Assembly (NCBI GenBank): GCA_900128395.1
Contig: LT649270.1
Span: 1 to 49,847 of the forward strand
Length of the DNA: 49,847 nt
Source: Stramenopiles sp. TOSAG23-2
Lineage: Eukaryota
Reading direction: 5' to 3'
Shown: piece by piece, positions 1 to 10,460 of the stretch
How positions within the stretch are numbered: position 1 is the first letter of the stretch
Layout: each line of letters begins with the position of its first letter
Notes under the pieces: model-generated
Database searches by the model: none
What the model saw: only the letters and a program-made list of their open reading frames with translations
Told to the model about the DNA's origin: nothing
Translations under genes and position numbers: made by a program

Positions 1-55
1 GGGAGCTGTAAAAAAAAAATACCGAAGTACTGTGTACATACGCGGCCTTATTCCA
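1..55. repeat. Inverted copy of 1549-1603 (3' end and UTR of the JmjC gene)
   Basis: 1-55 (gggagctgtaaaaaaaaaataccgaag...ccttattcca) is the exact reverse complement of 1549-1603 and also of the duplicate at 1672-1726. Confidence 0.95.
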
Positions 56-523
56 GAAGCCGTAGAATGGAGGTGTGCGCGTCTCATTGGCGACTTGGAG
101 GATGAGGGAGTTCATTTCGCGCACATTTTGCAGTGCCTCCGGTGTCTCCATGGTATTGATGAATATCTCGCCCCCACGGAAAGAGGTGGCGTTAGAAGCG
201 TAGCGCCGCAACTGCTCAAGACGCTGCGATGCGTTCAGTGTGGGGTTGATATCGCCGTGCGCGCGGCAAGGTACCCCGTTTGGGTGTCCTGTTACGAAGC
301 TACTCTGTATGTAGGCCATAGGCAGCGACACTTCCAGCGCAGCTGGCAGCGTTGACACATCTGTAGCTGGCAACCGTCGTCCCGGAGCCACACTTGCCGC
401 AGCAGAACACCAGATGCAACCACAGAGTTGCAGGAAAGCAGCGACCAGCAGCTGCGATCGCAACCCAGCCAGGCATGCACGGCCCGTGGGAAATAGTTGA
501 TCTCTAGGGCGGGGCACCATCAT
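1..523 (-). CDS. Partial GC-rich ORF of unknown function, probably foreign or chimeric; runs off the left edge
   Basis: My translation of the minus strand from the ATG at 523 is stop-free for about 174 codons (MMVPRPRDQLFPTGRACLAGLRSQLLVAAFLQLCGCIWCSAAASVAPG...NETRTPPFYGFW). It has a hydrophobic signal-like segment and several N-x-S/T sequons. GC is far higher than in the rest of the window, and the last 55 nt come from elsewhere (1549-1603). Confidence 0.4.
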   Translation of the reverse strand, partial: MMVPRPRDQLFPTGRACLAGLRSQLLVAAFLQLCGCIWCSAAASVAPGRRLPATDVSTLPAALEVSLPMAYIQSSFVTGHPNGVPCRAHGDINPTLNASQRLEQLRRYASNATSFRGGEIFINTMETPEALQNVREMNSLILQVANETRTPPFYGFWNKAAYVHSTSVFFFYSS

Positions 524-1547
524 TCCCAGTGTAGCGTGAAAAAAGAATCTTCAAAAAGAATCTTCTGCACTCTAACTGTAATAATAAATATACAATAATA
601 ATAATTTTAGTTGTTTTTTAATTTTGATCAACTACTACTCGTATGTTTTGACTGATGATTGTTGTTACAATTTATATTATACAGTACTGGTACTGTATTC
701 GATTATTATTACAACACGAAATAAATATCAATAGGCACACTACTACTATTGGAAGGCTCTAGATCAATATAATAATATTAAAATTGATGATGATACTACT
801 GTAGTAATAGATAATAATATAAAATAATATGTATATATATACTAGTATAATATATTTTTATAGATATATATTATTGAAATTCTTCTTGATGATTTTTTAG
901 AAGTTCCAGCTCAAATGCACGATTTTGTCCTATGTGTCGTAGTGTCTATTGACTCAAGTACATAATATTCCTATCAAAATATATCTCAAAAAATATACCC
1001 AATATATATAGAAACAGCCCTAAAATTGTGAAAATCATTAACAACATTAGACATGAACACACACACAAAATATATTAAAAATTAATATTTCTCTTCAGGA
1101 GTTCTTTTAGTACACAAGTAAATATGTTTTATTAAACATACTAAAAGTTCAGGGATCATTCGTATCGCGTCTCGGAGGAGATAGACCGCTAACTTTTGAT
1201 GTACAATCATCCATTACAAATATTTCTTTGTGTATTGTTATATGGAATGGCTTTTCTGTTTAATCCAACCTATTTACAGGAGACTTATGCTGTGTCCATG
1301 TATTTTAACATAAAATAAGGTATTTGTCAGAACAGGTTTTTGGCGTATGGAAATTACATGGGCTTACCATTAAGAGTCACCTCTTTTCTCTTTGAAAGAA
1401 TTTAAGTTTACTATGTAATGTTATTTACCTGCTATAGTAATTCTTCATAGATGATGATGATAATGATATGATGATATATATATTATTCTCCAACAAAATG
1501 ATACGAGGATGAATCAATATTATATATATTTATTTATATTACGGTTT

Positions 1548-1796
1548 ATGGAATAAGGCCGCGTATGTACACAGTACTTCGGTATTTTTTTTTTACAGCT
1601 CCCAACTATAATCAGAATCATCTGGACTACCTCGTGCAGTATCTAATGGAAATGCTTCATGACTATGGAAATGGAATAAGGCCGCGTATGTACACAGTAC
1701 TTCGGTATTTTTTTTTTACAGCTCCCAACTATAATCAGAATCATCTGGACTACCTCGTGCAGTATCTAATGGAAATGCTTCATGACTATGGAAATG
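1548..1796. repeat. Perfect tandem duplication, period 123 bp
   Basis: atggaataaggccgcg...gactatggaaatg starts at 1548 and again at 1671. It duplicates the JmjC stop region. Confidence 0.95.
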
Positions 1797-3602
1797 TTCA
1801 ATATCATTATTTACTGTTTGCAACACTTGCCCAATACTATTCACTAAATGTGGATGCGAATTTCTTTTTGCTTCATCATTATTATCACCACCATCAACAA
1901 TATTATTAAACTTACTTGTATCTTCATGAAATTTTTCAAATTTATAATTTGCAATATCTTGATCAATGTCCTTATTGTTGTTCATCATCATTTCTTTCAT
2001 ATCATTTAGCCATTTTTGATACAACTCATCCCATTTTCCATATGTGCGTCGGAAACATGCGCACCATGGACTATAAATACCATGACTGCCATCAGGTCTA
2101 CATGCTTTACGCGATGTACGTCGAAACTCCATATAATTATGTTCGTTTAAAATGTTTTGGGCGACTGCCAAGGAGTTTTCAAGTGCTAATGTTGCATGCC
2201 ACCATCCAGCAGACCAAAACAAGACATCCCCTTCTTCTAAAACAAACTCTACCCGCTTTACATCACGGTATAATGGATAACGCTCATAATCTGGTTCAAA
2301 TGGATCCACCAACCCATTGTATAATTTATTGCTTTCCTCTGGCGGATGCATGATCCACTTTTTTCTGCCGTAAATTTGTGCTTGCCATTTGCTACTACCA
2401 AAATCATCTTGATGATTAGATTGACGCGCACCTTCAGTTGCCCAAAATGTCACAGTCATCATCTTATGGCATTCACCCATGTAGCGGAACCAGTTTTGTT
2501 GATTAAATATTTTTGGTGCTTTGAAATCTTTCCACATGATATCAGCAACAAATTCTGGCATATCATCATCATCATCATCATGATTCTTTAAATTTAATTT
2601 CGTATGTTGATGGGTATATGCATATATAGATGACCATGGTGGTGGCTTTATATTGTTGCTATCCTTTAATTGGCGACGTTCATGTTCATTTTCTACCATA
2701 TATTTTAAATATTGCTCTGAATTTAAATTAGTTCCACCCCACCCTCGTTCAACTCCAATATCAGCATTTAACTTTGCAGATGCCATAGATTTCACCCACG
2801 TACCGTTTGGTTTCCATTTTTTCATTGCTGGCCAATTATTAACTGCATTTTTTAATATTAATGGACGACCACCAAATCCATGCAAACACAAAAATTCTTT
2901 CAAAGTAGTCGTTTTTGCATCTAACACATTGATTTTGTCATATTCTGGAGCTAATGGATAATCTTTACAATATTTTCGAACCCATGATACCATATCTTTT
3001 GACACATCAAATCCATTTGCTAGAATTGCTAATGTTTTATTTGTCTTAAAAATAACTGATAAGTCAAGTTCCTCTTCGAATGGGTTTGTATGAGCGTGTA
3101 AACATTTCCCTTCGATCCATTGTATAACTGATTTTACCGTGACAGCATTTTTTGGCACAATATGAGTTGTTGGCTTACTTAAACTTAAACCTCGTCTACG
3201 TTGGTTGTATTTTACAATTGTTATTTTAGATTTTTTTACTATATTATAAATATTGTTACTACCAACATTATCTTCATTATTATTGTCATATCCTATGTGC
3301 GATATTAAGACACCACCATCATGACGAAAACGGCCAGCAATTTCTTCAGCAATTCTTTTTAAAGCTTGTGAATTGTCTTTATCGTCTTGCCCATAATCAG
3401 TCGCAAAGACTACATTACATGCTTGAGAAGGCAATATATATTTAATATTTGCTTTAGTCAATTCAATAATAGGAGTCTTTTTAAAGTCATCTGCTGATTG
3501 TGGTGAAAAATAAATTCTATTATTATTATTATTATTATTATTATTTATCGGTACACCTTGCACAATTAATAACACTATTATAAGATAGAACAGTGCATTC
3601 AT
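1716..3602 (-). CDS. Secretory/ER-lumen JmjC (2OG-Fe(II)) oxygenase, JMJD6/JMJD8-like, with a Trx-like N-terminal domain
   Basis: Signal peptide MNALFYLIIVLLIVQG. JmjC motifs GRPLILKNAVNNWPAMKKW, HQD...GRKKW and EEGDVLFWSAGWWHAT give the HxD...H iron triad. The C-terminus is SWEL. Confidence 0.85.
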   Translation of the reverse strand: MNALFYLIIVLLIVQGVPINNNNNNNNNRIYFSPQSADDFKKTPIIELTKANIKYILPSQACNVVFATDYGQDDKDNSQALKRIAEEIAGRFRHDGGVLISHIGYDNNNEDNVGSNNIYNIVKKSKITIVKYNQRRRGLSLSKPTTHIVPKNAVTVKSVIQWIEGKCLHAHTNPFEEELDLSVIFKTNKTLAILANGFDVSKDMVSWVRKYCKDYPLAPEYDKINVLDAKTTTLKEFLCLHGFGGRPLILKNAVNNWPAMKKWKPNGTWVKSMASAKLNADIGVERGWGGTNLNSEQYLKYMVENEHERRQLKDSNNIKPPPWSSIYAYTHQHTKLNLKNHDDDDDDMPEFVADIMWKDFKAPKIFNQQNWFRYMGECHKMMTVTFWATEGARQSNHQDDFGSSKWQAQIYGRKKWIMHPPEESNKLYNGLVDPFEPDYERYPLYRDVKRVEFVLEEGDVLFWSAGWWHATLALENSLAVAQNILNEHNYMEFRRTSRKACRPDGSHGIYSPWCACFRRTYGKWDELYQKWLNDMKEMMMNNNKDIDQDIANYKFEKFHEDTSKFNNIVDGGDNNDEAKRNSHPHLVNSIGQVLQTVNNDIEHFHSHEAFPLDTARGSPDDSDYSWEL

Positions 3603-4120
3603 ATTTGTCGGTAATTATATAATATAAAATTATGTGAGTTGTCCTATCTGATCCTATGTCGCTGTATCTAATGTATATACAGGTTTGTCACATAAATACA
3701 ATAGTTTCATCAAATAATAGTATAGTTTAATTCATCAATTTAAGAAGATAAGAGTTGTTGATGATTGTTGTTATTGTTGTGTGCACCACATGATGAGATT
3801 CATCACCACAGGTATTATTGTGCTGAGAATGATACAGTATATCAGTGCTGTACCAATATTACCTGGGATAATATAATACTGGATGGAAGCTATCTATCCC
3901 TATTAATATTAGTATAAGTACTGGTACACAAATCAAAGATTTATTAGCTCTACTATTAAAATATGATATTATTCAAATAAAAAACACAAATATATATTGT
4001 TGTATGATATATATTTTATCTCTCTCTCTCTGTCTCTGTGTGTTTTATCATTTTTATGATACACTTCGTAAATCATATCAGTACTCTCTTCACTTTTTAC
4101 AGCGAGAAAATCTTCTCTTT

Positions 4121-7100
4121 TTACATATTATTACTATTACTACTTGGTGTCTCTTCGGTATCCAACATGAAAAACCCGCTTGATTGCGTGATGGTTGGCA
4201 ACGGTTTACTATTAATCGCTTTTGAAGCTAACATTTCTTTCCTTTTATTTGAAAGATGATTAAATGCTACATTTACTACTGCTCCTATTAATATAGAACC
4301 GACAGCAACTATAATAACATTCAATACACCAAATCTCATGGTAGAAACTGATGGTGTTTTACCAACAACATTTGATGCTGATAAATCAACCGCACCATCA
4401 TGTAAATTAATTTCACATGAGGAACCACTAAAACCTTCCGTACAGAAACATCTACCTTTGTGGCAAAGACCTCTGTTGTTGCAATCTAATGTGCATTGCA
4501 ATGCATTTTCTATTTTTTTTGCACAATCAGCACCCTCATGCGCCTCGTCACATTCACACTGTCCTAAATTACAAACACCATGTCCAGTACACGGCGAATC
4601 ATTTACCGATGGACATTGCGTCTCTGTACCACAATCGTTACCTTCAAAACCTTTATTACAAAAGCATTTACCAAATTTGCAAACACCATTACTATTACAG
4701 TTGTTTTCGCATGCAACCTTTTCAGCACATTGTGGGCCAGTGAATCCTGGATTACAGAAGCATGTACCATATTTACATACACCTCTACCACCGCAAGCAT
4801 TTGGACCGCAAGTCAATGCTTTTTCGCATTTTTCACCATCAAATCCTGGTTCGCAATCACATTTGTTATTACCATTATCATTCACACAAATACCATGTTT
4901 GCCACATTTCAATGTGCATTTTTTGTCGCTAGAACTGACTACTTGAACAGCTGATGCTTTGAAACGTGCATCTTTTGCAGCAGTCGGTTTATCATGTTCT
5001 TTAGCTTCAGCAGCATTTTCAAACTGTGCCCCTGATAATATTGGCCCATGTGTTAAACGATCTTCTAATTTACGAACTTCCATTGCATGTTGGGTTGAAC
5101 CGTACTTTGCACCGGAGGTAACTGGGCCAACTGCTTCGCGAGTAATAATATTAGGCCCGCCTGCAGAACGTGGTTGTTCACCTTTCACTGGGACGTTAGG
5201 ATAATTCAATTGAGAACAATCATCACCTTCATACCCTGGTTGGCACCAGCATTTACCCATGTAACAACGTCCATGGTTTGAGCAACCATTTTTACATTCA
5301 TTACCAGTCTGTTTTTCACATAAATCCCCGGAAAATCCAGGATTACAATCACACTGACCGTGGTGGCACAATCCGTTGCCATTACAATTCAATGGGCATT
5401 TCTTTTTGTTCTCACATGCTGCGCCTGTATAACCTAGATCGCAAAAACATTTTCCGTAACTACAGATACCGCGGTTGGAGCAATCACGCGGGCAACGCAA
5501 TGGTAGCACTTCTTGGCATGAAGGACCCGTGAATCCCGGGTAACAATAGCACTGTCCCATTAAACAAAGGCCGTATTGACCAGCAGCACGTGCTGCATGG
5601 GAGCCACGGCAATCGTTAGGGCAACGATCACTTTCTTTCCACGTATCATCTTTCCGCGAGCAATCAATTCCTTGGTAACCAGCATTACACATACATTCGC
5701 CACGGAAGCAAATGCCATGCATGCTGCAACCATTTGGGCAATTACCTGGTTTAACTGCATTGCCTGGTGGTATTACACCAGGTTCCATTTGTTTCGAGCA
5801 GTTTTTACCTGTCCATCCAGAATTACAAAAGCAACGGCCATGATAACAGCTACCATGAGCATTGCAACCAGCTTCACACGGCACTACCAAATCACAAGCT
5901 TCACCAGTCCAGCCAGGATTACAAAAGCATGAACCATGATGGCACTGACCGTTGCCGTTACAGTTACCTCCACCTGGGCAAATTTCTCCAGCAGGCAAGG
6001 AACAATCTTTTCCTCCAAAACCTGGAGAGCAAAAGCATTTACCAACTTGGCAAAGACCATTTCCGCTACATCCTTTTGGGCATACGTCTTTACCCAAAAA
6101 TACAACTTCGCATGCTGCACCACCGTAACCAGGCTCACAAGTACATTCGCCGTTTACACATAAACCACGATCACTACATTCTGGCGTGCCAGGGCATGGT
6201 TCTCTACGCTCGCAAAACTCACCAGAAAAGCCAGGATTACAGAAGCAGCGTTTATTGAAACATAAACCTCTTAAATTACAGTCTTGTGGGCATTTGTGTG
6301 CTTTGCTACAATCGTCCCCGTGATAACCAGGGTAACATTGGCATTTACCACCCACAGTGCACAATCCACGATCACTACAGACGGCACTTTCTAAATATGT
6401 ATCTCCTTTTGGGCATTTTGGTGTAACGTAACGTGAACAATCATGACTTTCGTAGTTTGGATGACAGAAACATTTACCTAAATGGCAATCACCATGCAAA
6501 GAACAATTTCTTGGACATCCTTTCGTTTGCAGTGCAACTTCACAAGCTTCACCACTGAAACCCATTTGACATTCACATTTACCACGGATACAGATACCAC
6601 GTTCGCTACAGCTTTTTGGGCATTCAACCGGCACTGCGCATCCTTTGCCTGAGAAGGCAGCATCACAGTAACAGCGTCCATTTAAACATTCACCATGTCC
6701 ACTGCATCCTTTTGGGCATTGGACAACAACATCGCAATGTTCTCCTGAAAATCCAGGGTGGCAATGGCATTGTCCATGTCGACAATCACCATGGTTGCTG
6801 CAACCTTTGGCACCACATTTAAATGCAACATCACATGCATCACCGCTGAAACCAGGGAAACAATGGCAAACGCCTCTTACACAATCACCGTTACCAGTAC
6901 ATGCACCTTTTGGACCTTTATTTCCAGGGCAGCCAATTTGAATTTGGCAGCTAACGCCTCTGAAACCAGGTTTACAGTCACACAATGGCCGTGTTGGCGT
7001 CTTTGCGAAACAACGACCATTGTTGTTACATTTTTGGTCGCATTGTAATTCACAAGCTTGACCGGCAAAACCTTGTTCGCATGCGCACAAACCAGTTTTC

Positions 7101-9436
7101 TTGTCGCACGCACCACGACCGTAACATTCTTGGCCATCTTCGCTTGATTTGCATGGTTGTAACTCACAACTTGCTCCAGTAAAAGGTTCTCTGCATTTAC
7201 ATACGCCGTCGTAGATGCCACTTGTTGTGCCGTTTACGTCTTCATGGCATTCACCGCGGCCATTACACATGAAAGTTTCATTTGCATTTGGGCAACGTAG
7301 CTTTCGTGAACAATCTTCATCAGCGAAACCGATATCGCATTTGCATAGACCGGTTTTATCGTCGCATTTACCTTGTTTGCTACAATCTTTTGGGCAACTG
7401 CGTTTGTCGCATTTGAAACCAGCATAACCATCGTTACATACGCATTTTTCAGCTCTGCACTGCCCGTTACCACTGCAAGCAACGAGTGGGGTCAAACCTT
7501 CAGGACAACGTACATCGATGCTACAATCTCTACCACCCCAACCGGTTTTACATACACAGCCAGATTTCCCTTCAGCAATTTCATTACATGAACCATGATC
7601 TGCATCTGTACAATTATTTGGGCATTGCGCATCATCTTTAACGGCGCATCCTGGGCCAGTGAAACCATCGTTACAAGTGCATGTTCCATCCACGTCGTTG
7701 CACTTGCCATTTCCACTGCAATCTTTTGGGCAGCTGCGCGTGCTACAATCAGCACCTTTGTAACCAGTAGCACATACACATCCAGTATCTCTACATGCAC
7801 CATGTCCGGAACATTTTGGTTCCCCTGGGCATTTTTTGGTACAATTTTCACACTTTACTTGTTGCGAACAATCTGTTCCATTGAAACCTTTATGGCACAA
7901 GCACATACCTTCCAGGCATATACCTTGATTGGAACAATTGCGTGGGCATTGAGTAATCGGGCGTGTATGCTCTTCAATGAGTTTCTCTGCGTTTTCACAT
8001 CTATCACCAGTGAATTTACCGACACATTCGCATTTGCCATTTTTGTACACACCGTTATTTTGACAGTCGCCTGGACAGACACCATTTACATCAAAGGTGG
8101 CGATCTTAGCAATTTTGCTATCACAGGTAACATCATCACAACCAGCAAAATAAATAGCTTTATCTGATGATAATGCTAATGCTGCTGCTTTTCCATTTCT
8201 TAACGCAGGTTTCCAATTTGCCTCTGCACTAACAGTAACTTTGTTCCAAGTTTTGGTTTGTGTAGTAAATTTCCACATTTCATCGTTGCAATTATCATTA
8301 TTGCTACAACCACCTATAACATATAAATTACCATTTAAGAAAAAGGACGACATTTTGCCTCCAGCACTTGGTGAATCACCAGCAGCTATTGCTAATTTCA
8401 TCCATTTCGTAGCAGCTGCATCGTCGTACACATACACAGTGCCTTTATTTTCTGCTTCTGCATCAACTGGCGTGCCATTTTTCAACGCACCACCAAAGAT
8501 GTAAACTTTACCTTCATTGGCAGCAGCAGTATGGGTTGTTCGTACCGATGGAGCATCCGTGCCTGGCAATTTAGTCCATGTATACGAGCCATCCTCGTTT
8601 CTGATTAGTTTCCATGCATCGTTTAATGTATTACCGTCAAGCGACTCACCACCAAATAATAAGGCTGTGCTGTCTGATATTTTCGTCAACGTTGCACCGA
8701 TACGTGCCTTTGGCATACCGTCTGCCTCTGTTGCAGCTGTAGGCCTCATAGGTGCTACAGAAACATCTCCATTTGCTTTCACTGTGTATACAATACCTTG
8801 GCCAGGCTTCATTTTATTCTCTTCATTACCAGCAGCAAAAACTACGAAATCTCCTTTTTTACCATCGTTGCTAAACCATACTTTAGCTGCTTTTGCTCTA
8901 TTTACTTGATTTTGTTCCAAATTAAAATTTTCTGCTAACGTAGGTGTTACTTTTTTCCAACCACCTGCACCAGCACCGTTCATATCAACTTTTGTATCTA
9001 ACTTGTAAATGCCGTTGAATGTTTTGTCATCACTTTTGTAACCACCAACTACGAACAATTCTTTATTTTCAGCACCATTTGTTCTAAGAAATACTCCTGG
9101 ATTTCTACGATCCTCAGGGGCATTTGTTAACTCTTTTGATTCTGTCCAGTGTGGACATTTATTCGCAGTTACGCTTTCACCTAAAGCTTGTGCCAAAGCT
9201 TGGCGATCTGCCATAGCAAATGCTTTAGAAGATGATGCAGCTGCATCAACTTGTTGAAAACGCTGTTGATCTGCCGCCTCAACAATCATATTATTACTAT
9301 TGTCACTATTTATATTACTATCACTAGCTGGTACATTTACACTAAAACCAGAAAGGTCTGATTCTTTTATTCCATGTACACTAGTACATGCAATAATAAA
9401 TGCTATAACTAAACTAATCAATAAAGAAACACGCAT
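4121..9436 (-). CDS. Type I membrane protein with a Kelch beta-propeller and about 31 tenascin/teneurin-type EGF repeats
   Basis: Signal peptide; Kelch motifs (LFVVGG, LLFGG, YIFGG, LYVIGG); 31 CPxxCSxxGxCxxGxCxCxxGxxGxxC modules counted; TM segment VLNVIIVAVGSILIGAVVNVAF; short cytoplasmic tail. Intronless, 1771 aa. Confidence 0.9.
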   Translation of the reverse strand: MRVSLLISLVIAFIIACTSVHGIKESDLSGFSVNVPASDSNINSDNSNNMIVEAADQQRFQQVDAAASSSKAFAMADRQALAQALGESVTANKCPHWTESKELTNAPEDRRNPGVFLRTNGAENKELFVVGGYKSDDKTFNGIYKLDTKVDMNGAGAGGWKKVTPTLAENFNLEQNQVNRAKAAKVWFSNDGKKGDFVVFAAGNEENKMKPGQGIVYTVKANGDVSVAPMRPTAATEADGMPKARIGATLTKISDSTALLFGGESLDGNTLNDAWKLIRNEDGSYTWTKLPGTDAPSVRTTHTAAANEGKVYIFGGALKNGTPVDAEAENKGTVYVYDDAAATKWMKLAIAAGDSPSAGGKMSSFFLNGNLYVIGGCSNNDNCNDEMWKFTTQTKTWNKVTVSAEANWKPALRNGKAAALALSSDKAIYFAGCDDVTCDSKIAKIATFDVNGVCPGDCQNNGVYKNGKCECVGKFTGDRCENAEKLIEEHTRPITQCPRNCSNQGICLEGMCLCHKGFNGTDCSQQVKCENCTKKCPGEPKCSGHGACRDTGCVCATGYKGADCSTRSCPKDCSGNGKCNDVDGTCTCNDGFTGPGCAVKDDAQCPNNCTDADHGSCNEIAEGKSGCVCKTGWGGRDCSIDVRCPEGLTPLVACSGNGQCRAEKCVCNDGYAGFKCDKRSCPKDCSKQGKCDDKTGLCKCDIGFADEDCSRKLRCPNANETFMCNGRGECHEDVNGTTSGIYDGVCKCREPFTGASCELQPCKSSEDGQECYGRGACDKKTGLCACEQGFAGQACELQCDQKCNNNGRCFAKTPTRPLCDCKPGFRGVSCQIQIGCPGNKGPKGACTGNGDCVRGVCHCFPGFSGDACDVAFKCGAKGCSNHGDCRHGQCHCHPGFSGEHCDVVVQCPKGCSGHGECLNGRCYCDAAFSGKGCAVPVECPKSCSERGICIRGKCECQMGFSGEACEVALQTKGCPRNCSLHGDCHLGKCFCHPNYESHDCSRYVTPKCPKGDTYLESAVCSDRGLCTVGGKCQCYPGYHGDDCSKAHKCPQDCNLRGLCFNKRCFCNPGFSGEFCERREPCPGTPECSDRGLCVNGECTCEPGYGGAACEVVFLGKDVCPKGCSGNGLCQVGKCFCSPGFGGKDCSLPAGEICPGGGNCNGNGQCHHGSCFCNPGWTGEACDLVVPCEAGCNAHGSCYHGRCFCNSGWTGKNCSKQMEPGVIPPGNAVKPGNCPNGCSMHGICFRGECMCNAGYQGIDCSRKDDTWKESDRCPNDCRGSHAARAAGQYGLCLMGQCYCYPGFTGPSCQEVLPLRCPRDCSNRGICSYGKCFCDLGYTGAACENKKKCPLNCNGNGLCHHGQCDCNPGFSGDLCEKQTGNECKNGCSNHGRCYMGKCWCQPGYEGDDCSQLNYPNVPVKGEQPRSAGGPNIITREAVGPVTSGAKYGSTQHAMEVRKLEDRLTHGPILSGAQFENAAEAKEHDKPTAAKDARFKASAVQVVSSSDKKCTLKCGKHGICVNDNGNNKCDCEPGFDGEKCEKALTCGPNACGGRGVCKYGTCFCNPGFTGPQCAEKVACENNCNSNGVCKFGKCFCNKGFEGNDCGTETQCPSVNDSPCTGHGVCNLGQCECDEAHEGADCAKKIENALQCTLDCNNRGLCHKGRCFCTEGFSGSSCEINLHDGAVDLSASNVVGKTPSVSTMRFGVLNVIIVAVGSILIGAVVNVAFNHLSNKRKEMLASKAINSKPLPTITQSSGFFMLDTEETPSSNSNNM

Positions 9437-10460
9437 GATTAATATTTAAATCTATTAAACTACTGTATATATTTAAATCAATATATATATATATAAATAA
9501 ATATATATATATTAAAACTAATTTGTTTCTCGATCTTCTACAAATTAGACTCGTTATATATATCTGTTCTACTATGTATGTATATTCTTTGTATGACTAG
9601 TCTTTCCCTCTCCCCCGTCTCTGTATATCAATGTACATATATATAATTTCTTGAAGGTTTTCTATCATGATCGATTTCCCCTCTTTTTTGCTTCCTTCCT
9701 TCCTCTTCCGGAGACGTACCAGTACAATAGCATTGGGAAGAGGTTTTTTTCGTTCGATAAAATTGTTCTAAATTTTGGGAATCTGAAAATATAAATATGG
9801 AAATCATGATAGTATTTATAAGTTTTTATAACTATAGAAATAATTTATTATATTTAATATTTTACGGATATTGTTATGGTATATTTCATATATGCCATAA
9901 AAATTGGAAAATTAGAGAGAACGATTAGACCGATCCTTTATTTTGGACCTCAATGCTATTCCGATGCTAAAGTATCGTTCTGAAAAAAATTGACTGGGCC
10001 TGCTGTGGCTCCTTTTGATCCTTCCTGGCCGGGCTGGCCTTTTCCTCCTCTGCTGTTCTGCAATAAACTCACTCTGAAGTAGAATATATGGACGTAGCTA
10101 CTGTTATAATTCTAATAATACGCCATGCTGCACCAATACTACAGTACTGACGTTTCACTACCGTTGAGAAAATTGAAAAATATTATTATTACCAGTCCTG
10201 GCATCAGTATTGTATCATCATCACAGTATTAGGGAACAATAACAGACAATATATTGTTTACATATATATATCTGGTTGTACATATTACACACACGTATAT
10301 CATATACATAGACATATATAGTATATAGATACATATTAACAAAGAACAGGTATACAAACTATTCAAGAATATTAATATTCTTATATATATATATATATTA
10401 GTTGTTAATTATATTTTGCAATATATATATATATATATATATAGTACGTAAAAATTAGTC

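Noticed and set aside
32-355. Plus-strand 107 aa ORF
   Set aside because: GTG start inside the inverted host fragment. The longer stop-free minus frame with an ATG is a better candidate.
1565-1909. ORF with a 41 aa repeat
   Set aside because: Antisense shadow of the JmjC gene created by the 123 bp duplication.
4338-8909. Many short ORFs overlapping the EGF gene
   Set aside because: Antisense or alternate-frame shadows of a long repetitive CDS.
9460-10445. (TA)n, (CT)n and (AAT)n tracts read as special elements
   Set aside because: Ordinary microsatellites found throughout the intergenic and low-complexity coding DNA of this AT-rich genome.
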